A DNA stretch of 60,000 bases from Laetmonice hystrix (Eukaryota). Shown piece by piece: positions 9,839 through 23,465 of this stretch. The stretch spans positions 6,636,001 through 6,696,000 of the forward strand of contig OZ249436.1 of assembly GCA_965235115.1 (NCBI GenBank), given 5' to 3'. The number at the start of each line of letters is the position of its first letter. Within the stretch, counting starts at the first letter, position 1. The notes beneath the pieces were generated by a model. The model did no database searches. It worked only from the letters and a program-made list of their open reading frames with translations, and was not told the origin of the DNA. The translations under genes and the position numbers were made by a program.

Positions 9839-11220
9839 AGCCCGTTTAATGACGTCGTACTAACACCAGTCGGCGCCATCATCGCCGTCTGCGCGGGCTG
9901 AAAGCGGCCACCTGGCGGAGTTTCAGCGCATTACATCTATTGACGACCTCGGCGGCAGATGGAAAACTCCGAAGCCCTGTCTGGAAGCGGGAGTCTGGCG
10001 CGGCATCTGAGAAAAGTAACAATCATGCTCATTCCTTTTACGTGCGATATATCTTTATGTCACTCATCCGGATTAAGACGTCGAACGGGTCTTTCAAAAT
10101 CTATCGCCATTTTCAGAGGACTACGATTTCCGTACGTCGACTTTTAAGTTCATTAGGACGGGCAAATAAGATTCTCTACTGAGGGCCTCCAGTGCTTGGA
10201 TAATATGATGCACGGGAATTACTGGTGATGCGCCAACATGATGACGATCTTCTTTCTAATAATGGGTAAGTTATTGTTTATTATTGATATAGTATTTTTT
10301 ACATACATATTTTACTCACATCGTCTCTATAATACACCTTATAGACTATTCTCTACCAGTCTGTTAACGTGTTTCGGTGTATTCCATGAGATTAATTTTC
10401 CGCAGTATGCAGTCTAAGCGTAGATTCACGTAGAATGTATCACCCAAACACAATTCTCAGCAATCAGCCTCCAGTCGAGCTCATCCGCCATCATTGAGAG
10501 TGAAATTGGAGTTGTTCAGCGGAACTTAGCCTCCGATAAATACCTGCTACCTGGTCGGGCGTCTCAGGAGGGCCGCGCATGCGCATCCGTTTCCGGCAAT
10601 CCCCAATAATCTCAGCAGAGGTCACTGTAAAGTCAATCGATGCGCAGTCCTGGATTATCTCGTCCACCCCACCCCATCCCCCGTTTTTTTACATCCCTTT
10701 CCAATCTTTTCCTTGTACAGAAATACCTTTGCAGGCCCATCAACAGTTAAACTTTCTTGTACATACTTGTATCTATCCAGGTATTATTTAGGCCCACATA
10801 AGGCCTTTATTATTCGCCCTTTAACGGCCAATATAAACTATCGCCTTGTCCGATATCTATGGATGGTTTTCTTGTCAAGTGAGTAGCTCGGCTGGTACTG
10901 CAAGTACACCAGAAAACACATACGTCAATGATACTGATTAGACGATAGATTAAGGCAATGGGATTGGAATGGCCGCATCTGTCAAATTCACTGAAACGGG
11001 ACCTAATACATGGACGATTTTGTCCTAGGAGGAATTCATTACAGAGTCATGAGATGAATTTGGGAATAATGAAAATGACATTTAATCGATTTATGTAACT
11101 CAGTATACGCAACCCTTACTCTCTAGTATTATCAAAGAATGATCGGCTGAAAGCTATAAATGCCAAGTCAGGTATACGTAGCTTAGAAAACCACATGTGT
11201 TGTAGTACAATGTAGTACTC

Positions 11221-12355
11221 TAGTAGTACATACAAGCTGTGGATATGACTGTAGTATTGGTACATGCAAGCTGTGGATATGACTGTAGTAGTACATGCAA
11301 GCTGTGGATATGACTGTAGTAGTACATGCAAGCTGTGGATATGACTGTAGTAGTACATGCAAGCTATGGATATGACTGTAGTAATACATGCAAGCTGTGG
11401 ATATGACTGTAGTATTGGTACATGCAAGCTGTGGATATGACTGTAGTAGTACATGCAAGTTGTGGATATGACTGTAGTAGAACATGCAAGCTGTGGATAT
11501 GACTGTAGTAGTATGCAAGCTGTGGATATGACTGTAGTAATACATGCAAGCTGTGGATATGACTGTAGTATTGGTACATGCAAGCTGTGGATATGACTGT
11601 AGTAGTACATGCAAGTTGTGGATATGACTGTAGTAGAACATGCAAGCTGTGGATATGACTGTAGTAGTATGCAAGCTATGGATATGATTGTAGTAGTAGT
11701 ACATGCAAGCTGTGGATATGACTGTAGTAGTACATGCAAGCTATGGATATGACTGTAGTAGTACATGCAAGCTATAGATATGACTGTAGTAGTACATGCA
11801 AGCTATGGATATGACTGTAGTAATACATGCAAGCTGTGGATATGACTGTAGTATTGGTACATGCAAGCTGTGGATATGACTGTAGTAGTACATGCAAGTT
11901 GTGGATATGACTGTAGTAGAACATGCAAGCTGTGGATATGACTGTAGTAGTATGCAAGCTGTGGATATGACTGTAGTAATACATGCAAGCTGTGGATATG
12001 ACTGTAGTATTGGTACATGCAAGCTGTGGATATGACTGTAGTAGTACATGCAAGTTGTGGATATGACTGTAGTAGAACATGCAAGCTGTGGATATGACTG
12101 TAGTAGTATGCAAGCTATGGATATGATTGTAGTAGTAGTACATGCAAGCTGTGGATATGACTGTAGTAGTACATGCAAGCTGTGGATATGACTGTAGTAG
12201 TACATGCAAGCTGTGGATATGACTGTAGTAGTATGCAAGCTATGGATATGATTGTAGTAGTAGTACATGCAAGCTGTGGATATGACTGTAGTAGTAGTAC
12301 ATGCAAGCTATGGATATGACTCTAGTGGTAATACATGCAAGCTGTGGATATGACT
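11221..12355. repeat. Minisatellite, 31-bp unit GCTGTGGATATGACTGTAGTAGTACATGCAA (29/34-bp variants), ~36 copies
   Basis: Direct reading; higher-order periods of 156 and 439 bp. Confidence 0.97.
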
Positions 12356-12838
12356 TTAGTGCTGCTTCAAATGATCTCAGGCACTGCCCGCTCGATGTTA
12401 TTAGGAAATGGGTGTCGCTGTATACGTAACGTGACGTCATCTTTATCCAAGAAATAACGCAGTTCAGTAACACTGAGACTGAGCAGAACTCTGGGTCCAT
12501 TATTAGTCGTCATAACTCTCTCCTTTTATACTAAAGTGTGAACGGTGCCAAATCGTAGGGATTCTCAGTAATAACAGGCCGCATGGTTCCCTACACATAC
12601 GTCTAACCGAAACCATAGGCGTACAGTGCTGAAATACGGCCATTATCTTCGTCCCGACACCTGCGGAAGGCGCAGGGCGCAGCGCCCATCGTACCGCTGG
12701 ATTAGGCCGTGATCGGCCTTGTGTGCCTGGTCAATATCAGGGCATGGTCAGTGGTGGTCGTTTTCCGGGAGAGTCAGCGACCTCGCTACTTCAGGGTACG
12801 ACGGTGGCGTCTGATCACTTCGATTACCTCACCACCTC

Positions 12839-12894
12839 GCCCCACCCCCACCCCACCACCCCCACCACCCCCACCACCCCCACCACCCCCACCC
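12839..12894. repeat. (CCACCACCC)n C-rich tract; G-quadruplex-prone on the minus strand
   Basis: Repeated C-runs separated by A/ACCA. Confidence 0.8.
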
Positions 12895-13026
12895 GTTACG
12901 GTAAGAAGTATCCTTGACAACCACTAGCCGTGGACGCCGACTGAGCTTATCGGGGCAGGCAGACTATAATTTGCACCGTTTTACTTGGCGTCCAAGTCTC
13001 CAATTACCTCTTGTTGACCAGCCTTT

Positions 13027-15110
13027 CTTGAATACCAGCCAGAGTCCTGTGTCCTCCCTCTCAATGAGTCAGTTTTCACATGGTGAGGTTCACTTGAATA
13101 CCAGCCAGAGTCCTGTGTCCTCCCTGTCAATGAGTCAGTTTTCACATGGTGAGGTTCACTTGAATACCAGCCAGAGTCCTGTGTCCTCCCTCTCAATGAG
13201 TCAGTTTTCACATGGTGAGGTTCACTTGAATACCAGCCAGAGTCCTGTGTCTTCCCTCTCAGTGGGTCAGTTTTCACATGGTGAGGTTCACTTGAATACC
13301 AGCCAGAGTCCTGTGTCCTCCCTCTCAATGAGTCAGTTTTCACATGGTGAGGTTCACTTGAATACCAGCCAGAGTCATGTGTCTTCCCTCTCAATGAGTC
13401 AGTTTTCACATAGTGAGGTTCACTTGAATACCAGTCAGACTCATGTGTCCTCCCTCTCAATGAGTCAGTTTTCACATGGTGAGGTTCACTTGAATACCAG
13501 CCAGAGTCCTGTGTCCTCCCTCTCAATGAGTCAGCTTTCACATGGTGAGGTCCATTGAATACCAGCCAGAGTCCTGTGTCCTCCCTCTCAGTGGGTCAGT
13601 TTTCACATGGTCATGTTAACTTGAATACCAGCCAGAGTCCTGTGTCCTCCCTCTCAATGAGTCAGTTTTCACATGGTGGGGTTCACTTGAATACCAGCCA
13701 GAGTCCTGTGTCCTCCCTGTCAATGAGTCAGTTTTCACATGGTGAGGTTCACTTGAATACCAGCCATGGTGATGTTAACCTGAATACCAGCCAGAGTTAT
13801 GTGTCCTCCCTCTCAATGAGTCAGTTTTCACATGGTGACGTTCACTTGAATGCCAGCCAGAGTCCTGTGTCCTCCCTCTCAATGAGTCAGTTTTCACATG
13901 GTGAGGTTCACTTGAATACCAGCCAGAGTCCTGTGTCTTCCCTCTCAGTGGGTCAGTTTTCACATGGTGAGGTTCACTTGAATACCAGCCAGAGTCCTGT
14001 GTCCTCCCTCTCAATGAGTCAGTTTTCACATGGTGAGGTTCACTTGAATACCAGCCAGAGTCATGTGTCTTCCCTCTCAATGAGTCAGTTTTCACATGGT
14101 GAGGTTCACTTGAATACCAGCCAGAGTCATGTGTCCTCCCTCTCAATGAGTCAGTTTTCACATGGTGAGGTTAACTTGAATACCAGCCAGACTCATGTGT
14201 CCTCCCTCTCAATGAGTCAGTTTTCACATGGTGAGGTTCACTTGAATACCAGCCAGAGTCCTGTGTCCTCCCTCTCAATGAGTCAGTTTTCACATGGTGA
14301 GGTTCACTTGAATACCAGCCAGAGTCATGTGTCCTCCCTCTCAATGAGTCAGTTTTCACATAGTGAGGTTCACTTGAATACCAGTCAGACTCATGTGTCC
14401 TCCCTCTCAATGAGTCAGTTTTCACATGGTGAGGTTCACTTGAATACCAGCCAGAGTCCTGTGTCCTCCCTCTCAATGAGTCAGCTTTCACATGGTGAGG
14501 TCCATTGAATACCAGCCAGAGTCCTGTGTCCTCCCTCTCAGTGGGTCAGTTTTCACATGGTCATGTTAACTTGAATACCAGCCAGAGTCCTGTGTCCTCC
14601 CTCTCAATGAGTCAGTTTTCACATGGTGGGGTTCACTTGAATACCAGCCAGAGTCCTGTGTCCTCCCTGTCAATGAGTCAGTTTTCACATGGTGAGGTTC
14701 ACTTGAATACCAGCCATGGTGATGTTAACCTGAATACCAGCCAGAGTTATGTGTCCTCCCTCTCAATGAGTCAGTTTTCACATGGTGACGTTCACTTGAA
14801 TGCCAGCCAGAGTCCTGTGTCCTCCCTCTCAATGAGTCAGTTTTCACATGGTGAGGTTCACTTGAATACCAGCCAGAGTCCTGTGTCCTCCCTCTCAATG
14901 AGTCAGTTTTCACATAGTGAGGTTCACTTGAATGCCAGCCAGAGTCCTGTGTCCTCCCTCTCAATGAGTCAGTTTTCACATAGTGAGGTTCACTTGAATG
15001 CCAGCCAGAGTCCTGTGTCCTCCCTCTCAATGAGTCAGTTTTCACATGGTGAGGTTCACTTGAATGCCAGCCAGAGTCCTGTGTCCTCCCTGTCAATGAG
15101 TCAGTTTTCA
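13027..15110. repeat. Minisatellite, 66-bp unit CTTGAATACCAGCCAGAGTCCTGTGTCCTCCCTCTCAATGAGTCAGTTTTCACATGGTGAGGTTCA, ~32 copies
   Basis: Direct reading; 950-bp higher-order duplication. Confidence 0.97.
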
Positions 15111-16567
15111 GAGATGGAAGTAAAATAGTTTGAAGGCGCAAATCGCGCTAAGTATAGGTATACATATTCTGTTTAAAATGATATGCATTAACACCTCTGT
15201 ACCGTATGTTACTAAAAAATAAGTTTAATAGGATCGCGGATAGAACTTGAACAAGACAGAACGTTTTTAGGACGAGGGAAACCATTTACATGGGCGGATA
15301 AGTACCAGATCAAGCAATTTATTTCATTGTAACATATTATGCACTTTTTCAATTTAGTTATTTGAGTCCGTCAACGCATTCCAGGCCTCATGTAAGGTTG
15401 CGTAAATTACCAGCGAGGATCTATAAATAGGCTGTGGTTAGGGCAACCGACATAATTAACTCGTGAAAATTAGCTCGTTTTGATTGCAGACGGACTTAGG
15501 CGGGCATGTGACGTCATGTAACGAACAGACGTCAAGACGTGATCGGTGTAACGCGCGTCTCTGAAGCCAAATTACAGTTTAACGGGCGAATGTTTCAGTG
15601 ATAAATGGCGCCATTTTAGAGAAAAACTACTCTAATGCGTCCCCACACGACTGTGTTCGTCAAAAGTGTTCTCAGCTGCCATCGAAATATGCAGACTGAG
15701 TTTCCACATTGCTGATGGCTGATGGCTGATGAACATTGTCACTTAATCGTTAAAAGAAAATTCTGTTCGACAATCAACAACAAAAAAAAGGAAATTACAT
15801 TATAAGGTTAGACATTCACGCAACACGTGCATTACATTGTATTTACTTAAAGAAACATAAGGAAAACGTTATGTATGCTGCAGGTAGGCCTATATAGCGT
15901 TACGATCGAACAAGTAACTCGCAGGTTTTATAAGAAAAGTCTGCTCGGATTCAGACTGACGGTTTATGTGGACTATCAGATTGTCTTGACTTCTTGACAG
16001 TCTTGCCTGAAGGATACGACATTTGGGCTCCTATTGGTATTTACAAATTGACGGAGCAAAATTCATGCGCAAGTCCTCGGTCGGTAAACAGGTGACTACT
16101 TTATCGCCCATTCTCTGGTTCACTATGTGTTATCGACGCCTCCGGTTCCCATGACTACCGTCGCTATGCCTCAATGCCCGACCACTCAGGCCGTGATGGC
16201 TACTGTCTGACAGTGTTTCCCTGTGGCCTTTCCAGGAGAACATTAGCGTCGGTCAAGGACGTGCTACATGGGTTTGTGAATGAACTGACCACCATTGGTA
16301 GCTATAGACACGGAGCCTCTCCTAGAAACCGTGTCATGTCGTGATTGTTGTCGGAATGTTAAAAATGTATGCAGGAGGATTATAGGTGGGTAATCGAATC
16401 CTTAAACACCAGAGAACAAAAATATGGGCCACTGTTCCGGGCCTCTCCTAGAACAGGTTGATATTACATCGTATTGGACACTTTTCACCTTGATGGACCG
16501 TGATGACGCGTGTGTTCCACTTTCCCCCCTTCTACTAGGTCTGAGCTGGTTTCCTTGTAATCGCCTC

Positions 16568-17117
16568 GTGGAGAGATACTGCCTACCAGGACCCAAGCGG
16601 TCAGACGGTCACAATAAGTAGTGTAGAGAAATACTGCCTACCAGGACCCAAGCGGTCAGACAGTCACACTAAGTAGTGTGGAGATATACTGCCTACCAGG
16701 ACCCAAGCGGTCAGACGGTCACAATAAGTAGTGTGGAGATATACTGCCTACCAGGACCCAAGCGGTCAGACGGTCACAATAAGTAGTGTGGAGATATACT
16801 GCCTACCAGGACCCAAGCGGTCAGACGGTCACAATAAGTAGTGTGGAGATATACTGCCTACCAGGACCCAAGCGGTCAGACGGTCACAATAAGTAGTGTG
16901 GAGATATACTGCCTACCAGGACCCAAGCGGTCAGACGGTCACAATAAGTAGTGTGGAGATATACTGCCTACCAGGACCCAAGCGGTCAGACGGTCACAAT
17001 AAGTAGTGTGGAGATATACTGCCTACCAGGACCCAAGCGGTCAGACGGTCACAATAAGTAGTGTGGAGATATACTGCCTACCAGGACCCAAGCGGTCAGA
17101 CGGTCACTATAAGTAGT
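16568..17117. repeat. Minisatellite, 55-bp unit GTGGAGATATACTGCCTACCAGGACCCAAGCGGTCAGACGGTCACAATAAGTAGT, 10 copies
   Basis: Direct reading; central copies identical. Confidence 0.97.
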
Positions 17118-18146
17118 ATACGAAAAGTGACGCGTGTATCGGGCGGCTACATGTCGTCTCGATTCCCCGCAGGCGAGTTGAGGTGCAGCATTCTACCGTC
17201 CATAGATTCTCTGGTGCCGACTTGTGTATACATCGGTATTACGTTGTACGTCTACCCAAAGAATATACTACCGTTACATTGGTCATACAGATACAGATAT
17301 GGATTAGAATGACTTTCATGAAAGGGAAATACACTACGTTCTGTGGGTGCACATCGGCTACCGCTCCGTAAACGTCTTAAAACGACGTAATGTCATGGCC
17401 GATTGTTTCTGCTGAATTTCACTCGTCCCACGACGATCTCTGTCAGCAATGTTTATGAAGTAAACCATATGAATAGAGTGCCTGCCAGAATCAATAGCCA
17501 TGCTGTCGTATTCCTGTTTCTCTTTCTCCTATCGCCGACCCGCAATGTTTACTCTTCAGTGTCCAAGCCCCAAGCCTTTCATGCCTATACCAGGCAGAAT
17601 ACGGCACGTCTTCCTCCACGGGAACACGCGAACCGGCCCTGAGAAGGCAAGCGAGGGGTGGAGTGGCCAGGGAGGGGGTTCCTCTCGGAAATGTGGCCTG
17701 ACGGGAACGGGTGATAACGTCACAACATTGGGTGCATTGAGTACATAATCCTGACCTCACTTCGTGATTTGAATCAACACAAAAGGAAATCATAACAACC
17801 GTTCTGTATTGTGTCTGCAGATAATAGAAAAGGTCAAACCTAGTACCAGGAAGGAGAGCGAGACGAACTCTGCTTCAGTACATATCGCTGACATCTTGTG
17901 GTGGACGGCGCTGCATTCAGTATCATGTCCATCCCTCCATCTCCCCGGCACCGAAACATAGCAAATCAAACAATGGGTAAAATAAAGTTTTCCATCAAAT
18001 ACTCACAGGAATACAATAGTCTTACATAGCTAACCGCCGTTAACCTGAACCCCCATGTAACGTAGTATCGTGGCCAGACCTACAATCACGGAGACGTATG
18101 TACGTCTGTCAAACCTTGAGGTAATAGCGCGCTACTGCTGATTGGG

Positions 18147-18519
18147 AGTTTCCCAGGGTCAGATTCAGTGCCATTGCTACAGTTTCCCGGGGTCAGATTC
18201 AGCGCCATTGCTACAGTTTCCCGGGGTCAGATTCAGTGCTATTGCTACAGTTTCCCGGGGTCAGATTCAGCGCCATTGCTACAGTTTCCCGGGGTCAGAT
18301 TCAGTGCTATTGCTACAGTTTCCCGGGGTCAGATTCAGTGCTATTGCTACAGTTTCCCGGGGTCAGATTCAGTGCTATTGCTACAGTTTCCCGGGGTCAG
18401 ATTCAGTGCCATTGCTACAGTTTCCCGGGGTCAGATTCAGCGCCATTGCTACAGTTTCCCGTCAGATTCAGTGCCATTTCTACAGTTTCCCGGGGTCAGA
18501 TTCAGTGCTATTGCTACAG
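18147..18519. repeat. Minisatellite, 34-bp unit CAGTTTCCCGGGGTCAGATTCAGTGCTATTGCTA, ~11 copies
   Basis: Direct reading. Confidence 0.96.
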
Positions 18520-21009
18520 GCGTAGTAAAATTAGACATAGGACGTATGCTTATATTACGATAAAATACAACCCTCTTCGATATATGCCTTTTGTAATGAA
18601 CGTGTACTGTATTTACGATTGACATTGTCACTGCCCCTGCATGAACTGCATTTGGTTTCCATTTTCATATAGGTAAAAGCCCATGCCCACCACATGATGG
18701 ACATGACTTCACAGCCCTCCCCAGCCTGATTCAATATGATTGAACACGCAGTCTGCCTGGTCCAGTCGACCCCAGCCTTGCCCCACCCCCAACCCACCCC
18801 CACCCAGGGGCACGTCTCCCTTTTACAGCCAGTGTCAAACGTCATAAGAACACAGTGAAGAGTAACGTAAAGATATTCAACAGGAGGAACAGTACATTAA
18901 TCCCGCTGGTCTGGAGAGAAATCTTGAACGTGTCAGTTTTATCATTGCCAAGGAATAGCCACTGAATGCAACAGCATCCTGATGTAATGTCACCAGGCTG
19001 GAACCCAACTACACATGTATATACACTGTATGTTCATAACACGCCGCCAACCCGACTCCCTTCATACACTGTATTCCTGTCAGGCTCCACTCACATCGAA
19101 ACATCCAGAAGTCCACATGGGGCAAATATACCAGTGTGCTAGCAGTAATGAAGGCCATATCCCACGGCTATCAGTCCTATACATCTAATGCAATCTAGAA
19201 ACATTCATAGACGCTGTAGGAGATCGTATGTTGCGGAGACTTTTTCTCTCTGTGTTTCCCATTTATTGATTTGCCAACATGACCTCAGAAGAGAATTCGA
19301 TTCTGCGCTATGTGGGAGTAGAGTGATAGCAAACCGACTTTTGTACAAAGTAACTTCAGGCAAGAATATGCCTGAAAATGACTTTGATGGTTCCGACATA
19401 CAGTAGGCTGATTGTTATTAGGCTGGAAGTGTGCTGATTATTTGCATATATTTCTAGTCCAATTACGCCAGTGCTGGTCTCAATATGGCTGGCCCTGATG
19501 TAGATGTATTATTTGGAAGTTCGGCCCGGGACAATCTGCCAAACAAGTATTGAGGATAATTTTAGACCCAGTTACACAACCTACAGTTCCGGCTGTTAAT
19601 CACACCCCTTTGCTCTCCTGGGTATGCTATGGCCTTCCCCATTTCTGCTGCGGTAGGATACGGTGTCTAAGGTATAAGTCTGTAATAAGGATTTATTTTC
19701 TCATTAATTAAAGAGAGCAATATTGTGCCGAGAGCGTACAGCACATGTCTTGCTCCAAAATGTCCATGTAATAGAATCCTACGCAATCATAAAATAAGGT
19801 ACCACACTTATGGCAATTACAAGATTTTACGTAAACTTGATCTTTATTTTCTTTAATTCTGATCATTTAAATTTCACTTCAAAGTTCTTTTTTTAGAAGA
19901 AACTTCCACAACCCTGCATGCATCCACATCCTGCGGGCTTTTCTAGAAGCTAGTTTTAGACGAGCATTCACTGCATGGTGCCACGAAGAGTCATGCATTT
20001 CATCCACCACCGCCAGTTTAGCCAAGGTTGGATGAGATTCCCATATAAAGCCAGTTTCCGGTTCTGTATACCCGCCATTGCGAACGGTGCCTTGAAGTAA
20101 TGGACCGCGCTACCTTTCACAGTTCAACACACGGGGCGATCGTGGAAATGATTTATGCAACAGAAAATATCTTAAATCTGTCGGCAGAGCTTGTGGGTAT
20201 TGACCTCGGGATAGCGAGGCTGTCTCGCCAAGAGCCGCTAATGAACCGGGATAAAGGGGAGTGAACAAACACAGAAGAGATGGCGAATATCGTCGACTGC
20301 GGGGAGTGTCGTTTAGAGACTTCTGTCGCAGTTCTGCCGGTCACTCCGGGCGACAAATGACCAGTCTGGTGATGGTCAACACAACAACCCTCGTCATTAT
20401 TCCTGAGCGGGTTTCCAAACAGCCGTCTTCACACTGATTTTGATGGCGAGGAACGCCGATTCCTGTAATGGACCCCTCTTTAGGACCAACGCAGACGACA
20501 TTATTCAAGGCGGTCAGAACCATGGCGCCCTTTCTGACCAATCGGAAACAAGCTTGGCGCCAGAGGCAGGGTCAGCCACTGGAAACGGAACGGAACCTGG
20601 TTGTCTGCAAAACAGCAAACGCAGAAGATTATTGGTTCTGAACGTGGTATTTGCCGTTCCGTTTACCGCACCCCCATGTCGATCGTCATATAATAACTGC
20701 CGGCTTTGATCAACAAATAGAAAGGCAAAGCTCACCGAAATATAGGTCAAGTATGTACACGTGTTTGGAGAACAGATAAGAAATTTGACTTGCAGGCATC
20801 TGTGTGCAAAATTGTGAGTTATAAAGATAGAGGCGTTTATCATATTGAAAAAGTCTGTTTAACTGTCTATTCATTGTCTCGTTCCAAACTCCATCATACG
20901 CTGTTTGTGAGCATCTTGACGGAGATTTTCATGGGGTGGTGGTGTCAGCTTTTCTGTATTTTAGATGGAACCTGAGAGATCCATACAGGCTTAGATACAT
21001 CCGACTATG

Positions 21010-21077
21010 TAAAAACCAAATAGGTCTTTGGTAAAACCAAAGATCTATGAATATCATTCATAGGTCTTTGGTAAAAC
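21010..21077. mobile_element. Tiny palindromic MITE (33 bp, 21038-21070) with 7-bp TSD GTAAAAC, next to an internally deleted copy
   Basis: GTAAAAC-[CAAAGATCTATGAAT-ATC-ATTCATAGGTCTTTG]-GTAAAAC. CANRG termini with a 7-bp TSD suggest the P superfamily (inference). Confidence 0.55.
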
Positions 21078-21403
21078 GTCTGATTCCGACCACGGAAGAA
21101 TTCGGCTTGAACCATCCTATTCCAGCCCACAACATTAAACCATTTTAGTTTTGTCAGTTGAAGGCCGGTTGATCGGTTAAATTTAAACGTTCTCTCACAG
21201 AGCGTTCCACCTTGGCAATCTGGCCTACAGGTTGCACCCAGGTCGGCAGAGCGGATTCCACAATCGGTTGGAAATCGGCCTTAGGCCTTAGGCCTTAGGC
21301 CCTATCAGCAGTGAAACGTGCCTACAAATGAAGAAATTTAGGCCTAAAGAATCTCCATCTATTTCCAATGGACTACATGTATATACATCTGGCGATTTAC
21401 GCA

Positions 21404-23465
21404 CGGCTCAGTCACAATCAGGTGTCATTTTAGGACTATGTAATGTTACAGCAACCTTTGCACACCTAGGCCCTATACCAATAAATAGCCACAGTTTATG
21501 TTCATTATGCGAAGTGTCTTGTTAACACACATACATCCATGCACCTTCTTTTGGTCGATGTTGAAGTTCATGTTTCTAAAAGTGGTTTTACATGTGGAAG
21601 AATGGCAGGTTTTAGTTGTTACGGGTTTGCACTTATGAAATTACGTTGTTTTGCATAACGTAAATGTCAGTTTAATGTTACAATTACACTAATGTAGATA
21701 GGCCTATGCATAATAAATTTGTTAACATTTTTTCTTTATATGCAGGTATTTTGGTTGAAATCTGACCTTTGTGACGAAAGTACCAGAATGTTTTCAATAA
21801 TGTGTTGTTCGTTACAAAATAGCGATATTTTTATTACAATGACCAAAACCTTAGATCTACCTGATATCTGTAATTTCCAACATAAATGCATACTAATGCC
21901 ACTGATTTAAACTTAATAATGTTTATTTGGAACTGGGATGGAGAAAAAAGTTTGGGTGTTATCATATATGAAAATAGGTATGAATCCTTTTGCATGCTGT
22001 TATTTCCATAAATTTTTGTCCTGTCCGTACCCCATGGGGCATCTCGCTACTCTAAAAGCAGCTACTTGTGCCATATTGTGCATGTGTAGCCCTTCTTTGA
22101 ACGTCCTTAAATACAATATTTATAAGAGGTTTCACACTGTTGCGTCCTGAAAAACAAGACACAACTCGCATTTTGTCCTGTCCGTCCCCGTCGTCCTGTC
22201 CGTACCCCCTTGCTATAGGCTTTAATTTGATGAAGTTTTATCAAGTGAATATGACAATATGTTGATTATTTACTACTGGATAAACTGTAAAGGCAATAAT
22301 ACATTTAGTTCATGCAATATTTCGCTCAAAGTTTTAATACAAGGGAAATTTACTGACGGGTTATGCACCACCTAAACTTATATGCTTTAAAAATGTATTT
22401 TAGTTCAGTAAATCTGGTGCTAATATTGTGATTACTGCATTAATTTGCAATACTTGCTACATTATATGTATAACAATAAGAAATTTAAAAGCTATCTGAT
22501 TTCTGCTTTAATTTAATAGGCAGCACTGTAACCCGAAAATAATGAAGGGGGGACGGACAGGACATTATTTAAAGTGAAGGATGTGTGAACATAATCAGTT
22601 TCTGTTTGCATATATATTGCAGTGAGTGAATGAGTGAGTGAGTAGTGGTGGTTTTCCGCCGTGTCGGCAGGGTTAACAGGGTTAAAAGACCATAAAGTGA
22701 AAGGAACCCATTTTATCCCGGGCCCCAACGGGAATTGAAACAAACTCAATCCTGTCAGCCCAACAGGGCTATCGACGAGCCTGAACTATAAAAGAGTGAG
22801 AAGTCCAGCCTCTGGCAAAAACTCTAAAATCACATACTGGTCTGACATTGCTAAAAAGGTCCTTAAGACTTGTCTCATTATAAAACCGTTGTCTGATCGG
22901 AGTAAAATCACCACACTCAAGTAAAAGATGCTTCAGTGTCAAAGGACATTGACAGCCATAACATTCTGGAGGTGGCTCCCCTTCAATAAAAACACGTGGA
23001 TTAATCTAGAATGACCAATCCTGCATCGAGTAAAAACAATTTCATGCCTACGTTGGGTCAGGCCGTGATGATACCTTTGGTTCACGACGGGACTGATCTG
23101 ATACAATTTATTGTTTGGTTGTTCATCCAATTCGGCTTGCCATTTGTTCTTAACATAAGCCCAGATGGTATTGGTAGGTCTGAGATCAGATTGGACACGG
23201 TTTGACATCTGTTTCAAGAGCCCTCTTGGTCATTTGACGATCTGAATTTGGTTTGTCGGGAGCCCTGTCCTGTCCGTACCCCCATGGGACACATGTTATT
23301 CGAAACCTCGTATCTCGAAAACAGAGTGCGAATGCTTCACAGGGTTTGTTATATTTGAATCCTGACACATTTCTGCAAAAATCATTGTATGACTTACTCC
23401 TATTTGAGGAAAAAAAAATTGGACCAATTTGCAAACCACTGGGTACCCTGATTGTGACTGAGCCG
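21404..23465. mobile_element. Non-autonomous TIR DNA transposon (2062 bp including nested LINE), 19-bp perfect TIR, apparent 3-bp TSD GCA
   Basis: CGGCTCAGTCACAATCAGG (21404-21422) and CCTGATTGTGACTGAGCCG (23447-23465), with GCA on both flanks. Internal motif GTCCTGTCCGT(A/C)CCCC at ~22018, 22175, 22193, 23287 and inverted at ~22547. Confidence 0.8.
22621..23240 (-). mobile_element. 5'-truncated, frameshifted I-group (Nimb/I-like) LINE: ORF2 C-terminus, 3'UTR and (ACTC)n tail
   Basis: KRALETDVKPCPI / SDLRP..YVKNKWQAE.DEQPNNKLYQISP...RRHEIVFTRCRIGHSRLIHVFLL / EPPPECYGCQCPLTLKHLLLEC (CX2CX7HX4C knuckle). Tail CTACTCACTCACTCATTCACTCACT at 22621-22645. Confidence 0.9.

Noticed and set aside
12914..15128. 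Long Ser/His-rich ORFs (214, 317, 207 aa)
   Set aside because: Translation of a 66-bp unit, broken by 1-bp deletions at ~13555 and ~14505; no splice or start context.
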